Below, piece after piece: positions 8,482-18,422 of a stretch of 64,000 nucleotides of DNA (positions within the stretch are counted from its first letter, which is position 1; the number at the start of each line of letters is the position of its first letter). A program made the position numbers and the translations under genes. Origin of the DNA: Acutalibacteraceae bacterium (GTDB taxonomy: Bacteria > Bacillota > Clostridia > Oscillospirales > Acutalibacteraceae); the NCBI GenBank assembly GCA_045613805.1, contig JAZLBS010000056.1, positions 32,438 through 96,437 on the forward strand, given 5' to 3'. The notes below the pieces were generated by a model that saw only the letters and a program-made list of their open reading frames with translations, did not search any database and had not been told where the DNA came from.

Positions 8482-11400
8482 TTATTCAGCTGCAAAAAGA
8501 TTTTTGAACCATTCAACAATCTTTTCGAACCACGCCTTGATCTTCTGGAAGAAGGCGATAAAGCCGTTAGGTGCAAGACCCTCTTCTACGTCAAGAACAT
8601 CCTCAAAGATATCCCAACCGATGATGTCCTTTAAGAGAGCTGCGGCTGCAGGGCTGCTTTCTTCAAGATCTGCTATTGCATCCTTCCATGCCTGGTTAAG
8701 ATCGTCGTAGCCGTTTACAACACCGTCAACGCCTAAGTAAGCACCGTAGTAGATGTAGTAGAGAGTTGAAAGAGCAAGCTCCATACCAAGATCGTTACTC
8801 TTGACACATTCTGCAAGTGCAAGAAGAACACCCTTGAGATATTCCTTTGTAGCAGGATCCATATTTGTGCTCTTTTCAATCATATCAAGAAGAGCCATAA
8901 GAGTGTCGTCAAGAGTTATAAATGTAACTGCAAGTCTGAGAACGGTTGTTACCATTTCGCCCTTTGCTTCAGGACCCTGGTAAACCATTCTGTAAGCAGT
9001 TTTGCCGTTTGCAGAGGTGTAGGATTCAAGAGTACCTACTGAAAGCTCTGTAAGAGTATCAACGCTGATTGATTCAAGCTCATAGCCTGTTGCATCCTTG
9101 ATAAAGCCGAGGAGATAATTATTGAAGAGCTCCTCAAAGGTAAGCTTATCAAGATCAAGACCGAAGAGACCGTAAAGGTCTTTCTTTGTGATAGGCTCAA
9201 TAGCGGTGAGAAGAGTATTCACTGCATTGAGTGTATTCTTGACAACTGTGTCAACACCGTCAGAGTTGATGAAGTAAATAAGATTGGGAAGAATCTCAAG
9301 AAGCTCTTCTGCGGGATTGAGAAGAATTTCGTCTACTCTGTCAAGAAGAGGATTGAGTATTGATGTAAGAAGAACATCCTTCTTTCCGTTTTCAATTGCT
9401 TCATAATACTCAGCAGTTGTAAGAACACCTTCACAACTGAATGCTTCAAGTAAGGGGATGATACCGTAGGCGTAACCCTCTGCACCGTGGAGAGTGATAA
9501 TCTTGTCTTCGTTTTCGTCAACAAAGAATGTAATGTCAGCATCAGCAAGGAGCCATTCAAGAACGGGATAGATAGGTTCGAGAACATTGCAGAGCTGAGA
9601 GATGAACATAGCCTTGTCATCTTTAAACTCGGGAACTTCCACTTCTGCAATTGCATTAAGGTCTGCCACGCCGGCCTTTGCAAGGATGTTGATGATGTGA
9701 CCGCCTGCAGGAATGCTTGTTGAAAGAGTATCAACAAGACCTGTGAGAGCACCCTTGACTGTATTGATTACTGAGCTGCTGTAAACTGAACCGCCGACAG
9801 CACCTGTGATAAGGTCAGTAAAGTCACGTACAGTTTTACCGTTGAGTTCAAGACCGAGAAGGTAAATAATATTATCAACAAATGCACCGAAGCTGTCACT
9901 GATATACTGTTCCATTTCCTTGGTGTAAATTTCACCGTACTGGAAATCTGCATAAAGCTCGGAATTCTTGATGGGTGAGAAGACCTCACCTGTATCAGCC
10001 TTATCGGTAAGAGCCCAGCTGAAATCCTGTACAGGAACATTCTTTTCTACGGAAAGAACACCGATGATGCCGTTGTAAGCATCCTCGCCTACCATTTCCT
10101 TGAGTGCTTCCTCGTTGGATTCAAGCTTGATAGCCTGAATAAGGCATGTTGCGATAATTGTAAGCATATCGTATCTTGCAAACTCATCGTTGTACTGCAT
10201 CTTGAAGCCGTATTCACCGCTTGCAGATGTGTAAACAACAATGTTACCTACGCAAAGGTCAACAAGAATGTCTGCAACAGGAGTAAGGTCAAGACCGATA
10301 AGCTCCTGAACGAGAGTAAAGATTGATTCAAGGTCAAGGTTTGTAACATCAAGTGTTACTGCACTGCCTTCGGGAAGAAGACCGTTAATAAGGTCATTGA
10401 AGATTGACATAAGGTCAAGGTCAATGCCGAATTTCTCACTTACGGTGTTTGTAAGTCCTGTTACGCCTGCAAGGAGGTTCTGTACGGAAACAGATACACC
10501 GTTTGCGTTAAGGAAGTAAATGATGTTAGGAAGAAGATCAACAGCCTTATTGACAGGATCTGCGAGAATTTCATCCACACGCTCGAAGGTTGCTTCAAGA
10601 ATGCTCTTTACAGTTGCTTCGTCCTTTGCGGGTGCATCAACACCAAGAGCCTCAAGGATGGGAGCAAGACCGTAAGCATAACCTTCAGCACCCTTGATTG
10701 TGATAAGATCCTTGCCGTTCTGTGAGAAGAATGCATAATCTTCGCCGAAGAGGAGCCAATCAACAACGGGCTTGATTGTAGCAAGCACATCGGAAAGTGC
10801 TGCGGCAAATTCTGCACCTGTGCTGATTTCGGGAGCCTCGTAAGCTAAAAGAGCATTGATGTCTGCACCGAGAACAACACCTGCTGTGTCAATGAGAACC
10901 TGATCGATATCAACAAGAAGGTCAGCTACGACCTTAACGATTGCATCTACATTTTCCTTTGAGTAGATGTTTACATTAGCTTCGATAAGCTCTGCAACGG
11001 ATGCATATTCGCTGCCTGTTGCCTTAAGCACGTCAGCAACAATAGCGTCGAGATTTTCGTCTACATATTTTGCTGTGTCTTCAGTCCAGTTTGTAAGATA
11101 CTTGATTGTATTTATTGTAGGCTGGATTGTAAGACCTGATTCAAAGATTGAATCATCATAATTTTCGGGGAAGTTGTAATCCCAGTCAATGGGAAGATAT
11201 TCGGGCTCGATACCGCCGATAACAGCAGCTGCACCGCCGATATACTTCTTGATTTCTGCTGCCATTTCTGCATCGTCACCTGCAATAAGAGTTGCAAGAG
11301 CATCTGCATTGTCTTCGTCCAGTGCCCATGTAAGAGCGAAGGAAAGAACAACTGTTACAAGGTCAGCAGAGTCGAAGTATTCACCGTAAGCACCCTTCTT

Positions 11401-14400
11401 ACCTGTACCTACAAATGAGGAAGCAGAAGTGTAATCAGAAACTGTGATAACTTCACATACGTCATCAATGATTTCTTCGAGTGCTGCAAGGTCAAGACCT
11501 GTTACTGCGCCGATAATATCAAAGATAGCAGCAAAGCTGAGGTCATTAAGGTTGATTGAGAAGCCGAGGTCAGCAGTAAGACCGCTGAGAAGCTCGTTAA
11601 GGTTAAGAGCGTAAACGGGATCGATTGTTTCGATGATTACAAGCACAGGCTGAAGGAGATTTCTTACAGCTGTGGTAAGACCGTCGCTCTTAAGGAAATA
11701 GAGAACTGAGGGAATAAGACCGAGAATTTCTTCTACGGGGTCAGCAGCAATAGCATCTACTCTTTCGATGAGAGCTGTAAGAACAGCTTCAAGAGCACTG
11801 CCATCCTCACCGAGAGCAGCAGGAGCTGCACCGAGAGCCTCAAGAAGAGGAACGATAGCAGTTTCGTAGCCGTTATAACCGTAAAGCTCTACATCACCGA
11901 GAACAGTGAGGTTTTCACCCTTGAGAATGAAATTGAGAACGGGCTCGAGAGGAGCGAGAAGATTTACAAGAGCAGCTGCAAAGCCTTCCTTGTTACCGTC
12001 TTCAAAGCCCCATGTTGCATCGTCAGCAAGGTCTGCATAAGCTGCAAAAGCTGAAAGGTCGATACCTGTAAGTGCATCTACAAGTGCATTAAAGTCAGCT
12101 GCGGATGCTTCGGGTTCGGTTGTTTCTTCGCCTTCGTCGGCTGTTTCAATTTCTTCCTCAGTGCCTTCTTCGGGTTCAGCTTCTTCGCCGCCTGCAAGAA
12201 GTGCGTTGAGGTCAAGGTTTGCAAGAAGCTTAGCAAGAGCAGTGATGTTTGCGTTTGTGAAAAGCCCGTCGATAAGACCGCCGAGTGTAGCAGTAAGGCT
12301 GAAGGGTTCAGCATCCTCACCGCCTACCATTTTCATAACGGCACCGATGATTTCGTCAACATTTTCAATAATATATGTTGCAGTTTCCTTTGTCCAGTTA
12401 TTGTCGTAACCGAGATACTGATGAAGAGCAGGAGTCATACCTACTACTGTGTCTTCATTAAGCTCGCTTACGTACCATACATAATCCTTAAGGGTATCGA
12501 AGCTTGACTGGTTGAAGAGCTCAACAATAGCTGCGATTGTCTTGTCGGGATTTGCGGTAGCGCCTGCGATAATAGCCTTCACATCGTCGGAAAGCTCAAG
12601 ACCGAAGGAAGCGAGAAGGTCGGGATTTTCACCGAGAGTGTTAAGCACATATCTGAGAAGATAGATAAGAACATCAGCCTTGTTGGCTTCGATGTAAGCA
12701 GCTTTGCCTGCTTCTTTCTGATATGTATATGTCCATTCGCTTCTCTTGGTGTCTTTCCATGTAAGCTCACCGAGAGTTGCAAGATAACTTGCATCGGGTT
12801 TGGGAAGAACGATAGCGGACTCTTCTTCGCCGCCTTCAACTTCTTCGCCGTCTTCAGCTTGTTCACCGCCATTATTGAGCGCGTCTGTAACCATTGACCA
12901 GATACCGTCGAAGGAAAGGTCAAGACCCATATCTTCAAGGTTAATCATATCCTTGACATTAATCTTGATGGGCTCTTCACTCTTATAAACGTCGTTCATT
13001 GAACCGCTTGCAAGACCACTAAGAACTTTATACGATGCATTGGTTGTGTATTCAATGTCGATCTTGAGCATATCAAGAAGAGGAAGAATTCTTTCTGCCT
13101 TGATAGCATACATTGCATTTGGGATAACCTCAAGAATAGTTTCAAGAGGATCTGCTGCAAGCTTTGCAATGAAAGCATCAAGAGGAGCGAAGAGACCGTC
13201 TTCAAGAACTTTTCTTGTTGTTGTAAGATTGTTACCGTTAGGAGCTTCTACGCCGAGGAGCTCGAATACAGGAGCGAGCACATTGTTGTAACCTGCATTA
13301 GATGATACCATAAACTTAAGGTCGATGGGGTCAACTGAAAGGTTAAGAGGAACGCTCATAACGCTTGCGCTACCTGAACCTGTACCGATCTTGTTGGTTG
13401 ATTCATAGTACTGATTTGAAAGGAGAGCGAGAAGAAGAGGCTCGAGACCGGAAAGAGCGGCAACAGCAGCATCAATGAATGCTTTTCTCTTGTCTTCTGC
13501 TTCAGCAATACCCCAAGCAAAGTTGAGCTTTGTCTTGTTTGTGCCGTCTTCATCGAGAACGGGATCACCGTTTTCGTCAAGCACATTTACAAAGAGCTTT
13601 TCATCCTTCCAGGGATCGCCGTTGTATGTATCGTCGTCGTCGCCCTCGCCGTTAAGCTGATAGGATGAAGCGACAGTTACATCGTCAAGAACTGCAGCAA
13701 CTGCTTCATACTTAGTACCGTAATCTGTTCTGAGCTTTTCAGCAAGCTCAATTGGGAAGATGCTCATACCGATTGCATGAGTTGCTTTTTCGCAGGTGTA
13801 AAGGTCAAGGTAAGCTACAACGTCAGCCTTAAGACCAAACATACCTGTGTCAACATCTTCAACTGTGATTGATTCGGGAAGACCTGCCCATACCTTTGCA
13901 AATTCTTTTGTAACTGCAGGATACAGGAAGCCCATGATTGTATTAATAAGGTCATCTGTGAAGAGACCGTCAATAAGACCGTTAACAAGTGTTGCAATAT
14001 CGAAGGGCTCACCTGTGGGCTCGCCTGTTTCCTTATCCTTATTGATAAGAGAACCAAGAACCTTCTTGACTTCTTCATCAGCAAGAAGATTTTCGATTGT
14101 ATCAATAACACCGTTTATCTTTTCGTCTGTAACTGTGAAGTCACCCTTATGTGCGTCGTGAGTATCATCTGCTTCAGGTCTTACGATATCGGGAATTTCT
14201 GTCTGGTAATAGTTTTTGAAGCCACCGCACTCGTAGAAATTATAGTAATCTTCAAGACTTACTTCAGAGAGTGCATCGTACTTTGCCTTTGTTTCAGCGG
14301 GCATATCGAAGTTCACGGATGCAAGAAGGAATTCATAAACATCTCTTTCAATAACCTTGAAGGCCTGTTCATAATATGCAAAGGTTTCGAGGTTTACGAT

Positions 14401-16269
14401 GTTAGCCTGAACACTGCCTGTTTCTGCGAGAAGATCATAATATACTTTAGCAGCATCAATCTGAGCTGCAACTCTTGCATGAAGAGCTGTGTACTTGGAA
14501 TCAAGGTGAGCTCTCATTACTGCATCGTGACCCTCAATTACTGCATCAGCAATGTTATCATTATAAGCAGCCTCGATGTCACCGATAAGCTTTTTGACAC
14601 CTGTGTACCAGCTGTCATAGTTCTTAATAGCAGAAAGGAGAGATGCAGAATCTGCACCGATGTTTGTGTTTTGGTAAACTTCCTTGATGTACTTTGCAAC
14701 TTCCTTTGCAAAGTTTTCATTGTGACCTGCTAAAGCTTTGAGTGCAGAAAGATTGTCTCTGAGTGAAGTGAGAACACCGACGATATCGTTTTCACCCCAT
14801 ACTGCAACAACATTATCCTTATCATATGTGCCGATAGACTCTATCCAGCCATTAAGAGTACCGATAGCAAGGTCAAGCTTGGCACCTGTTACAGTACTGT
14901 TTACAACTGTACCGTCCTCAAGAACTGTACCGTCAGTTACATTTTCCTCGTTATATGTATAATATTCGGGAACTGTATCTTCAATAGTTGCCTTGAGATT
15001 ACGAAGCTCAACAAGCTCGATTTCACGAAGAACATCGTTGTAGAAGGTTGTAACAGCAGCACGGTTGAAGGTTTTGCCCTCATATTCGTGTGATTCTACA
15101 TAAGCCTTTACATCTGAAGCATAGCCGTCATATGCATCCGATTTACCCTTGATGTCATTGGAAAGAGCTACAAGAGCATCCCTGTTTGTAATGATACCAT
15201 CATAGCCTGCGGCTACCTTATCATAAAGGTAAAGTGCAGTTTTGGAAGCGTTGACAATTTCCACTGCCTTGTCAATGAGAGCTGAAAGAGCTTCTACATT
15301 GTAAGCAGAGAAGAAGTGGTTATAAACACTGCCTGAGAAAGCATTTACAACTGCGTTCTTTGCATCAACAACAGCTTTCTTGACTTTCCCGAGTGCTTCA
15401 GCATCAAAAACGGCTACAAGAGCGTCAAGGTCCATGGAAAAGTAGCCGGCATTTTCTTGAAGAACAGCGGCACTGTTTTTGATAACCTCAGTGCTGATTG
15501 CAGAGCCGTCTGTACTTGACACACCGCTGATATAGTAGTAGAACTTATAAGTACGGGTGTAGGTTGTCTTTGAGTTACAGCCACCTGTGGAGCCTGTAGC
15601 ATAAGTGTAGTCGTATCTGTCCTTAGCATGAGTTACGGTGAAGGTTTTCTCTGTAACCACGCTATCGGGAAGTGTATCAAGTGTACTACTTGTAATGGCA
15701 CTGCTTAATACAACTGTAAGATTGATGGGAGCAACATCAGAAAGGTTGTTTGTGGGAAGATTTTTGTTGTCGGTTGTGTTTGAGCTACCGCCTACAGTTA
15801 ATGTGCTTCCGGTACTTGTGCTTACCGAATTAGTACCGATAATGTTTTTTATGAAAGTGCTCATTGATGCCTCGTAACCGGGCATATTAGCCTTTACATA
15901 AGATTCGATAGATGCGTTAACCTGCTGAATAACTCTGTTACCCTCGGTAGAACCGGTAGTGTTCGAAGTGTTATTCGGATTACCTGTAGCAGGCTCTTTG
16001 TTTGCGAGTGTGTTAAATACATTAAAGTACGCCTCGACCGCTTTAAGAACGTTACCGTCGGGATCGTCGACTGTGTACTTGCCGTTATCAGTACTGAAAG
16101 CAGCATTCTTTACGCTGTCTGCTTTAAGAGCCGCATAAAGAGCATTCCACTGATCAGCTGTTGCTGTTCCACCTGCAGCGAATGAAACAGTTCCGAAGCA
16201 AACACTCATGCTTGACATAAGCATGATTACAGCAAGAAACACACTCAGAAGTTTTTTGGTTGTTTTCAT
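8482..16269 (-). CDS. Giant (2595 aa) secreted, predominantly helical repeat protein of unknown function
   Basis: ORF from the track. ATG start with the purine-rich tract GAAAGGAAAGAAAGCT directly upstream. Signal peptide MKTTKKLLSVFLAVIMLMSSMSVCFGTVSFAAGG. Four large internal repeats, acidic low-complexity linkers (GGEEAEPEEGTEEEIETADEGEETTEPE) and a C-terminal aromatic amphipathic helix (FIAFFQKIKAWFEKIVEWFKNLF). I recognise no catalytic motif. Confidence 0.85.
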   Translation of the reverse strand: MKTTKKLLSVFLAVIMLMSSMSVCFGTVSFAAGGTATADQWNALYAALKADSVKNAAFSTDNGKYTVDDPDGNVLKAVEAYFNVFNTLANKEPATGNPNNTSNTTGSTEGNRVIQQVNASIESYVKANMPGYEASMSTFIKNIIGTNSVSTSTGSTLTVGGSSNTTDNKNLPTNNLSDVAPINLTVVLSSAITSSTLDTLPDSVVTEKTFTVTHAKDRYDYTYATGSTGGCNSKTTYTRTYKFYYYISGVSSTDGSAISTEVIKNSAAVLQENAGYFSMDLDALVAVFDAEALGKVKKAVVDAKNAVVNAFSGSVYNHFFSAYNVEALSALIDKAVEIVNASKTALYLYDKVAAGYDGIITNRDALVALSNDIKGKSDAYDGYASDVKAYVESHEYEGKTFNRAAVTTFYNDVLREIELVELRNLKATIEDTVPEYYTYNEENVTDGTVLEDGTVVNSTVTGAKLDLAIGTLNGWIESIGTYDKDNVVAVWGENDIVGVLTSLRDNLSALKALAGHNENFAKEVAKYIKEVYQNTNIGADSASLLSAIKNYDSWYTGVKKLIGDIEAAYNDNIADAVIEGHDAVMRAHLDSKYTALHARVAAQIDAAKVYYDLLAETGSVQANIVNLETFAYYEQAFKVIERDVYEFLLASVNFDMPAETKAKYDALSEVSLEDYYNFYECGGFKNYYQTEIPDIVRPEADDTHDAHKGDFTVTDEKINGVIDTIENLLADEEVKKVLGSLINKDKETGEPTGEPFDIATLVNGLIDGLFTDDLINTIMGFLYPAVTKEFAKVWAGLPESITVEDVDTGMFGLKADVVAYLDLYTCEKATHAIGMSIFPIELAEKLRTDYGTKYEAVAAVLDDVTVASSYQLNGEGDDDDTYNGDPWKDEKLFVNVLDENGDPVLDEDGTNKTKLNFAWGIAEAEDKRKAFIDAAVAALSGLEPLLLALLSNQYYESTNKIGTGSGSASVMSVPLNLSVDPIDLKFMVSSNAGYNNVLAPVFELLGVEAPNGNNLTTTRKVLEDGLFAPLDAFIAKLAADPLETILEVIPNAMYAIKAERILPLLDMLKIDIEYTTNASYKVLSGLASGSMNDVYKSEEPIKINVKDMINLEDMGLDLSFDGIWSMVTDALNNGGEQAEDGEEVEGGEEESAIVLPKPDASYLATLGELTWKDTKRSEWTYTYQKEAGKAAYIEANKADVLIYLLRYVLNTLGENPDLLASFGLELSDDVKAIIAGATANPDKTIAAIVELFNQSSFDTLKDYVWYVSELNEDTVVGMTPALHQYLGYDNNWTKETATYIIENVDEIIGAVMKMVGGEDAEPFSLTATLGGLIDGLFTNANITALAKLLANLDLNALLAGGEEAEPEEGTEEEIETADEGEETTEPEASAADFNALVDALTGIDLSAFAAYADLADDATWGFEDGNKEGFAAALVNLLAPLEPVLNFILKGENLTVLGDVELYGYNGYETAIVPLLEALGAAPAALGEDGSALEAVLTALIERVDAIAADPVEEILGLIPSVLYFLKSDGLTTAVRNLLQPVLVIIETIDPVYALNLNELLSGLTADLGFSINLNDLSFAAIFDIIGAVTGLDLAALEEIIDDVCEVITVSDYTSASSFVGTGKKGAYGEYFDSADLVTVVLSFALTWALDEDNADALATLIAGDDAEMAAEIKKYIGGAAAVIGGIEPEYLPIDWDYNFPENYDDSIFESGLTIQPTINTIKYLTNWTEDTAKYVDENLDAIVADVLKATGSEYASVAELIEANVNIYSKENVDAIVKVVADLLVDIDQVLIDTAGVVLGADINALLAYEAPEISTGAEFAAALSDVLATIKPVVDWLLFGEDYAFFSQNGKDLITIKGAEGYAYGLAPILEALGVDAPAKDEATVKSILEATFERVDEILADPVNKAVDLLPNIIYFLNANGVSVSVQNLLAGVTGLTNTVSEKFGIDLDLMSIFNDLINGLLPEGSAVTLDVTNLDLESIFTLVQELIGLDLTPVADILVDLCVGNIVVYTSASGEYGFKMQYNDEFARYDMLTIIATCLIQAIKLESNEEALKEMVGEDAYNGIIGVLSVEKNVPVQDFSWALTDKADTGEVFSPIKNSELYADFQYGEIYTKEMEQYISDSFGAFVDNIIYLLGLELNGKTVRDFTDLITGAVGGSVYSSSVINTVKGALTGLVDTLSTSIPAGGHIINILAKAGVADLNAIAEVEVPEFKDDKAMFISQLCNVLEPIYPVLEWLLADADITFFVDENEDKIITLHGAEGYAYGIIPLLEAFSCEGVLTTAEYYEAIENGKKDVLLTSILNPLLDRVDEILLNPAEELLEILPNLIYFINSDGVDTVVKNTLNAVNTLLTAIEPITKKDLYGLFGLDLDKLTFEELFNNYLLGFIKDATGYELESISVDTLTELSVGTLESYTSANGKTAYRMVYQGPEAKGEMVTTVLRLAVTFITLDDTLMALLDMIEKSTNMDPATKEYLKGVLLALAECVKSNDLGMELALSTLYYIYYGAYLGVDGVVNGYDDLNQAWKDAIADLEESSPAAAALLKDIIGWDIFEDVLDVEEGLAPNGFIAFFQKIKAWFEKIVEWFKNLFAAE
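8900..13700 (-). repeat. Four ~400-470-aa intragenic protein repeats within the 2595-aa gene
   Basis: The recurring block is [GAEGYAYG/YNGYETA/AGYNNVLA]-x-P-[IL]-[LF]-E-[AL]-[LF]-G ... R-V-D-x-I-x-A-D-P-[VL] ... [IL]-P-[NS]-x-x-Y-[FA]-[LI]. The core motifs are encoded near nt 13275, 11865, 10680 and 9475, a spacing of about 1.2-1.4 kb. Boundaries are approximate. Confidence 0.7.
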
Positions 16270-16394
16270 AGCTTTCTTTCCTTTCTGTATTTATTTTAAA
16301 ATTAATACACTGTTTTATCTGCCGTTTTACGGTCGGCACACCGACAGCTAATGCTGTGATTTATTTTTCATTTACAGAAATTATCCAAAAAATG

Positions 16395-17135
16395 TTAAGC
16401 GGTAGCCGTTTCCTTTTCTGCCTTCTGCTTTTTTTCGATATGGCGGAAGACGAAAAGAAGAACTATACCTGCAAGCACCATAAGAGCCGACCAGATAGCA
16501 AGATTTGATATACCGAACCATCCGTCCGCCTGCTGTAAAGGAGCAATTCTGATAACCTTCTGATTATCTCTGAGGAATTCCCAGAAAAATCTTTCAGTAC
16601 CGAAAACTATATACCATATACAAAGCAGATATCCGTGTGTGTCATATTTCTTTATATGACCTACTGCAAAAACCAGAGCAAATACAAGCAAGGCCGCTAT
16701 TGATTCTCCCAACTGAACAGGAAGCATAGCTGTCCCCGTAAGCTTCATAGCAAGGTTGTACATCGGTGTTCCTTCGTGATATACAAAGCCCTGACAGCAT
16801 CCCGCAAAAATACAGGCAAGGTGCGACAAACCGTACATAAGCACACAGGCTGCCGCTTCCATATCAAAAAGCTTAACCGGATCAACCTTTGAAAATTTTG
16901 CAAGTGCGTACATAAATATGGGTAAGAGTACATATACTCTTATTCCGTTTTCGGCTCCGAACTCCTTGAAGCCCGTTTCTGCCCAAGCAAGGAATTTAAC
17001 AAGAATAAGATAAATTATCATTCCCGCTACGCCGAGTAAAAAAGATTTGATTCTTGAAATTTTAAAATTTTTTCCGTACCATGTGAAAAATATCAGATAT
17101 GCCACTACAGCAAGTCCTTGAATTAAACCGTACAT
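16395..17135 (-). CDS. Prolipoprotein diacylglyceryl transferase (Lgt) family membrane protein, paralogue
   Basis: Polytopic membrane protein with a Clostridial Lgt-family signature: ..HLACIFAGCCQGFVY.. and ..LPVQLGESIAAL.. (compare the P-x-Q-L-x-E motif of Lgt). Strong SD GGGAGGAAG 8 nt before the ATG at 17135. Confidence 0.6.
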   Translation of the reverse strand: MYGLIQGLAVVAYLIFFTWYGKNFKISRIKSFLLGVAGMIIYLILVKFLAWAETGFKEFGAENGIRVYVLLPIFMYALAKFSKVDPVKLFDMEAAACVLMYGLSHLACIFAGCCQGFVYHEGTPMYNLAMKLTGTAMLPVQLGESIAALLVFALVFAVGHIKKYDTHGYLLCIWYIVFGTERFFWEFLRDNQKVIRIAPLQQADGWFGISNLAIWSALMVLAGIVLLFVFRHIEKKQKAEKETATA

Positions 17136-17544
17136 TATTAAGACTTCCTCCCTTTTTTTCTTCGAGAAGCAATTTTACTTCCCGTCCGCAACCGTAAAGC
17201 TCCTTAAGCTGTGCTTCACCAAAGCTTGCACAGTAATCATAACCTGAAGCCAGATTCGAAATCAGAGAGAGCTCTTCGGATTTAATTTTTGATACCTTGA
17301 CATCAAGTCCGTTTTTCTGACATCTTCGGTAAAACAAGTAAGCCTGCAGCATATTGTAGCCGTCCTTGCTCCTTATCTTTTTTTCCGTCAGTCTGTTAAA
17401 CACACAGAATAAGCCCAGTGTCACACCGCTTACTATGTAATAACCGATACGGTTTACGCTGATAAAAGCAAAAATAAACATAATAAAGCTGAAAGCCAAT
17501 ACAATGAAAGATGACAAATACAATAAAATGTCTTTCTTCTTCAT
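17062..17544 (-). CDS. Small membrane protein (about 160 aa), unknown function
   Basis: ORF from the track. The preferred start is the MKKKDILLY ATG at 17544, preceded by GATAGGAGGAAC. Two N-terminal TM helices. The 3' end overlaps the Lgt-like gene by 74 nt. Confidence 0.5.
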   Translation of the reverse strand: MKKKDILLYLSSFIVLAFSFIMFIFAFISVNRIGYYIVSGVTLGLFCVFNRLTEKKIRSKDGYNMLQAYLFYRRCQKNGLDVKVSKIKSEELSLISNLASGYDYCASFGEAQLKELYGCGREVKLLLEEKKGGSLNNVRFNSRTCCSGISDIFHMVRKKF

Positions 17545-17747
17545 AGTTCCTCCTATCTTCATAATTATCCAATATAAAACTACACAGTTATTCCTATATA
17601 TTAAAACACCAACCGAACAACTAATAATAAACTTTACACTGCATTTTATGAATAAATTGTAAATTGATACTGCAGTTAATTTTCAGTTTATTTTCTGTAA
17701 GTAAAATAAGCTTGTTCTTAAATATAGTATTTAAAGGAGCGGATTGT

Positions 17748-18422
17748 GTGTTTAAAATCCTTGTTGTTGAAGATGACCGCAACGCAGCAAAGCTTATGCG
17801 GGTAATACTCAGAAACGCCGGATATACCGTTGAGCTTGCAAGCAACGGAGTCGAAGCACTCCGGGTTCTTGACAACTCCTATGTTGACCTTATTATCCTT
17901 GATGTAATGATGCCTGAAATGAACGGTTATGAATTGACGGAAACCATACGCTCAAACGGTGTCGAGCTGCCTATCCTTATGGTTACAGCCAAGCAGCTTC
18001 CCGAAGATAAATATAAAGGCTTTATTGCCGGTGCCGACGATTATCTTACAAAGCCCGTGGATGAAACGGAAATGCTTTTCAGAATCAAAGCACTTCTCAG
18101 AAGAGCAAACATTGCTAACGAACAAAAGCTTCAGATTGGCAGCGTTGTTCTTGATTATAACGCTCTTACCGTAACAAAGGACGGTGTCAGTCAGACCTTG
18201 CCAAAAAAGGAATTCTATCTTCTTTTCAAGCTCCTGTCCTATCCCGATAAAATCTTCACCCGTCTTCAGCTTATGGATGAAATATGGGGTATGAACTCAA
18301 CCTCGTTGGATACAACAGTAAATGTTCACATAAACCGTCTTCGCAAAAGATTCGGAGATTTCCCCGAATTCACCATAATGGCTATCAAAGGCATCGGATA
18401 TAAAGCGGTGATTAACCAATGA
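17748..18422 (+). CDS. OmpR/PhoB-family response regulator
   Basis: Receiver domain (KILVVEDD .. DLIILDVMMPEMNG .. LMVTAK) plus a winged-helix output domain (..LPKKEFYLLFKLL.. GIGYK). The GTG at 17748 is preceded by AAAGGAG with 8-nt spacing. The upstream extension in the track (17664) reads like non-coding promoter sequence. Confidence 0.85.
   Translation: MFKILVVEDDRNAAKLMRVILRNAGYTVELASNGVEALRVLDNSYVDLIILDVMMPEMNGYELTETIRSNGVELPILMVTAKQLPEDKYKGFIAGADDYLTKPVDETEMLFRIKALLRRANIANEQKLQIGSVVLDYNALTVTKDGVSQTLPKKEFYLLFKLLSYPDKIFTRLQLMDEIWGMNSTSLDTTVNVHINRLRKRFGDFPEFTIMAIKGIGYKAVINQ

Noticed and set aside
14149-14733. 194-aa plus-strand ORF, and about 25 other 60-140-aa ORFs, within 8482-16269
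   Set aside because: All lie inside or antisense to the continuous 2595-aa reading frame. They are Cys/Phe/Ser-rich shadow translations without start signals.
8482-16269. Interpreting the 2595-aa protein as a toxin (RHS/large clostridial toxin/MARTX) or as a megasynthase
   Set aside because: It has no YD/RHS repeats, no glucosyltransferase DXD or CPD motifs, and no KS/AT/A/C/T motifs. Only helical repeats were seen.
16395-17544. Treating the 74-nt overlap of the 160-aa and Lgt-like genes as proof of a frameshifted pseudogene
   Set aside because: Both ORFs have their own well-placed strong SD and ATG. The Lgt-like frame also begins with a plausible TM helix. Without resequencing the simpler reading is two overlapping genes.
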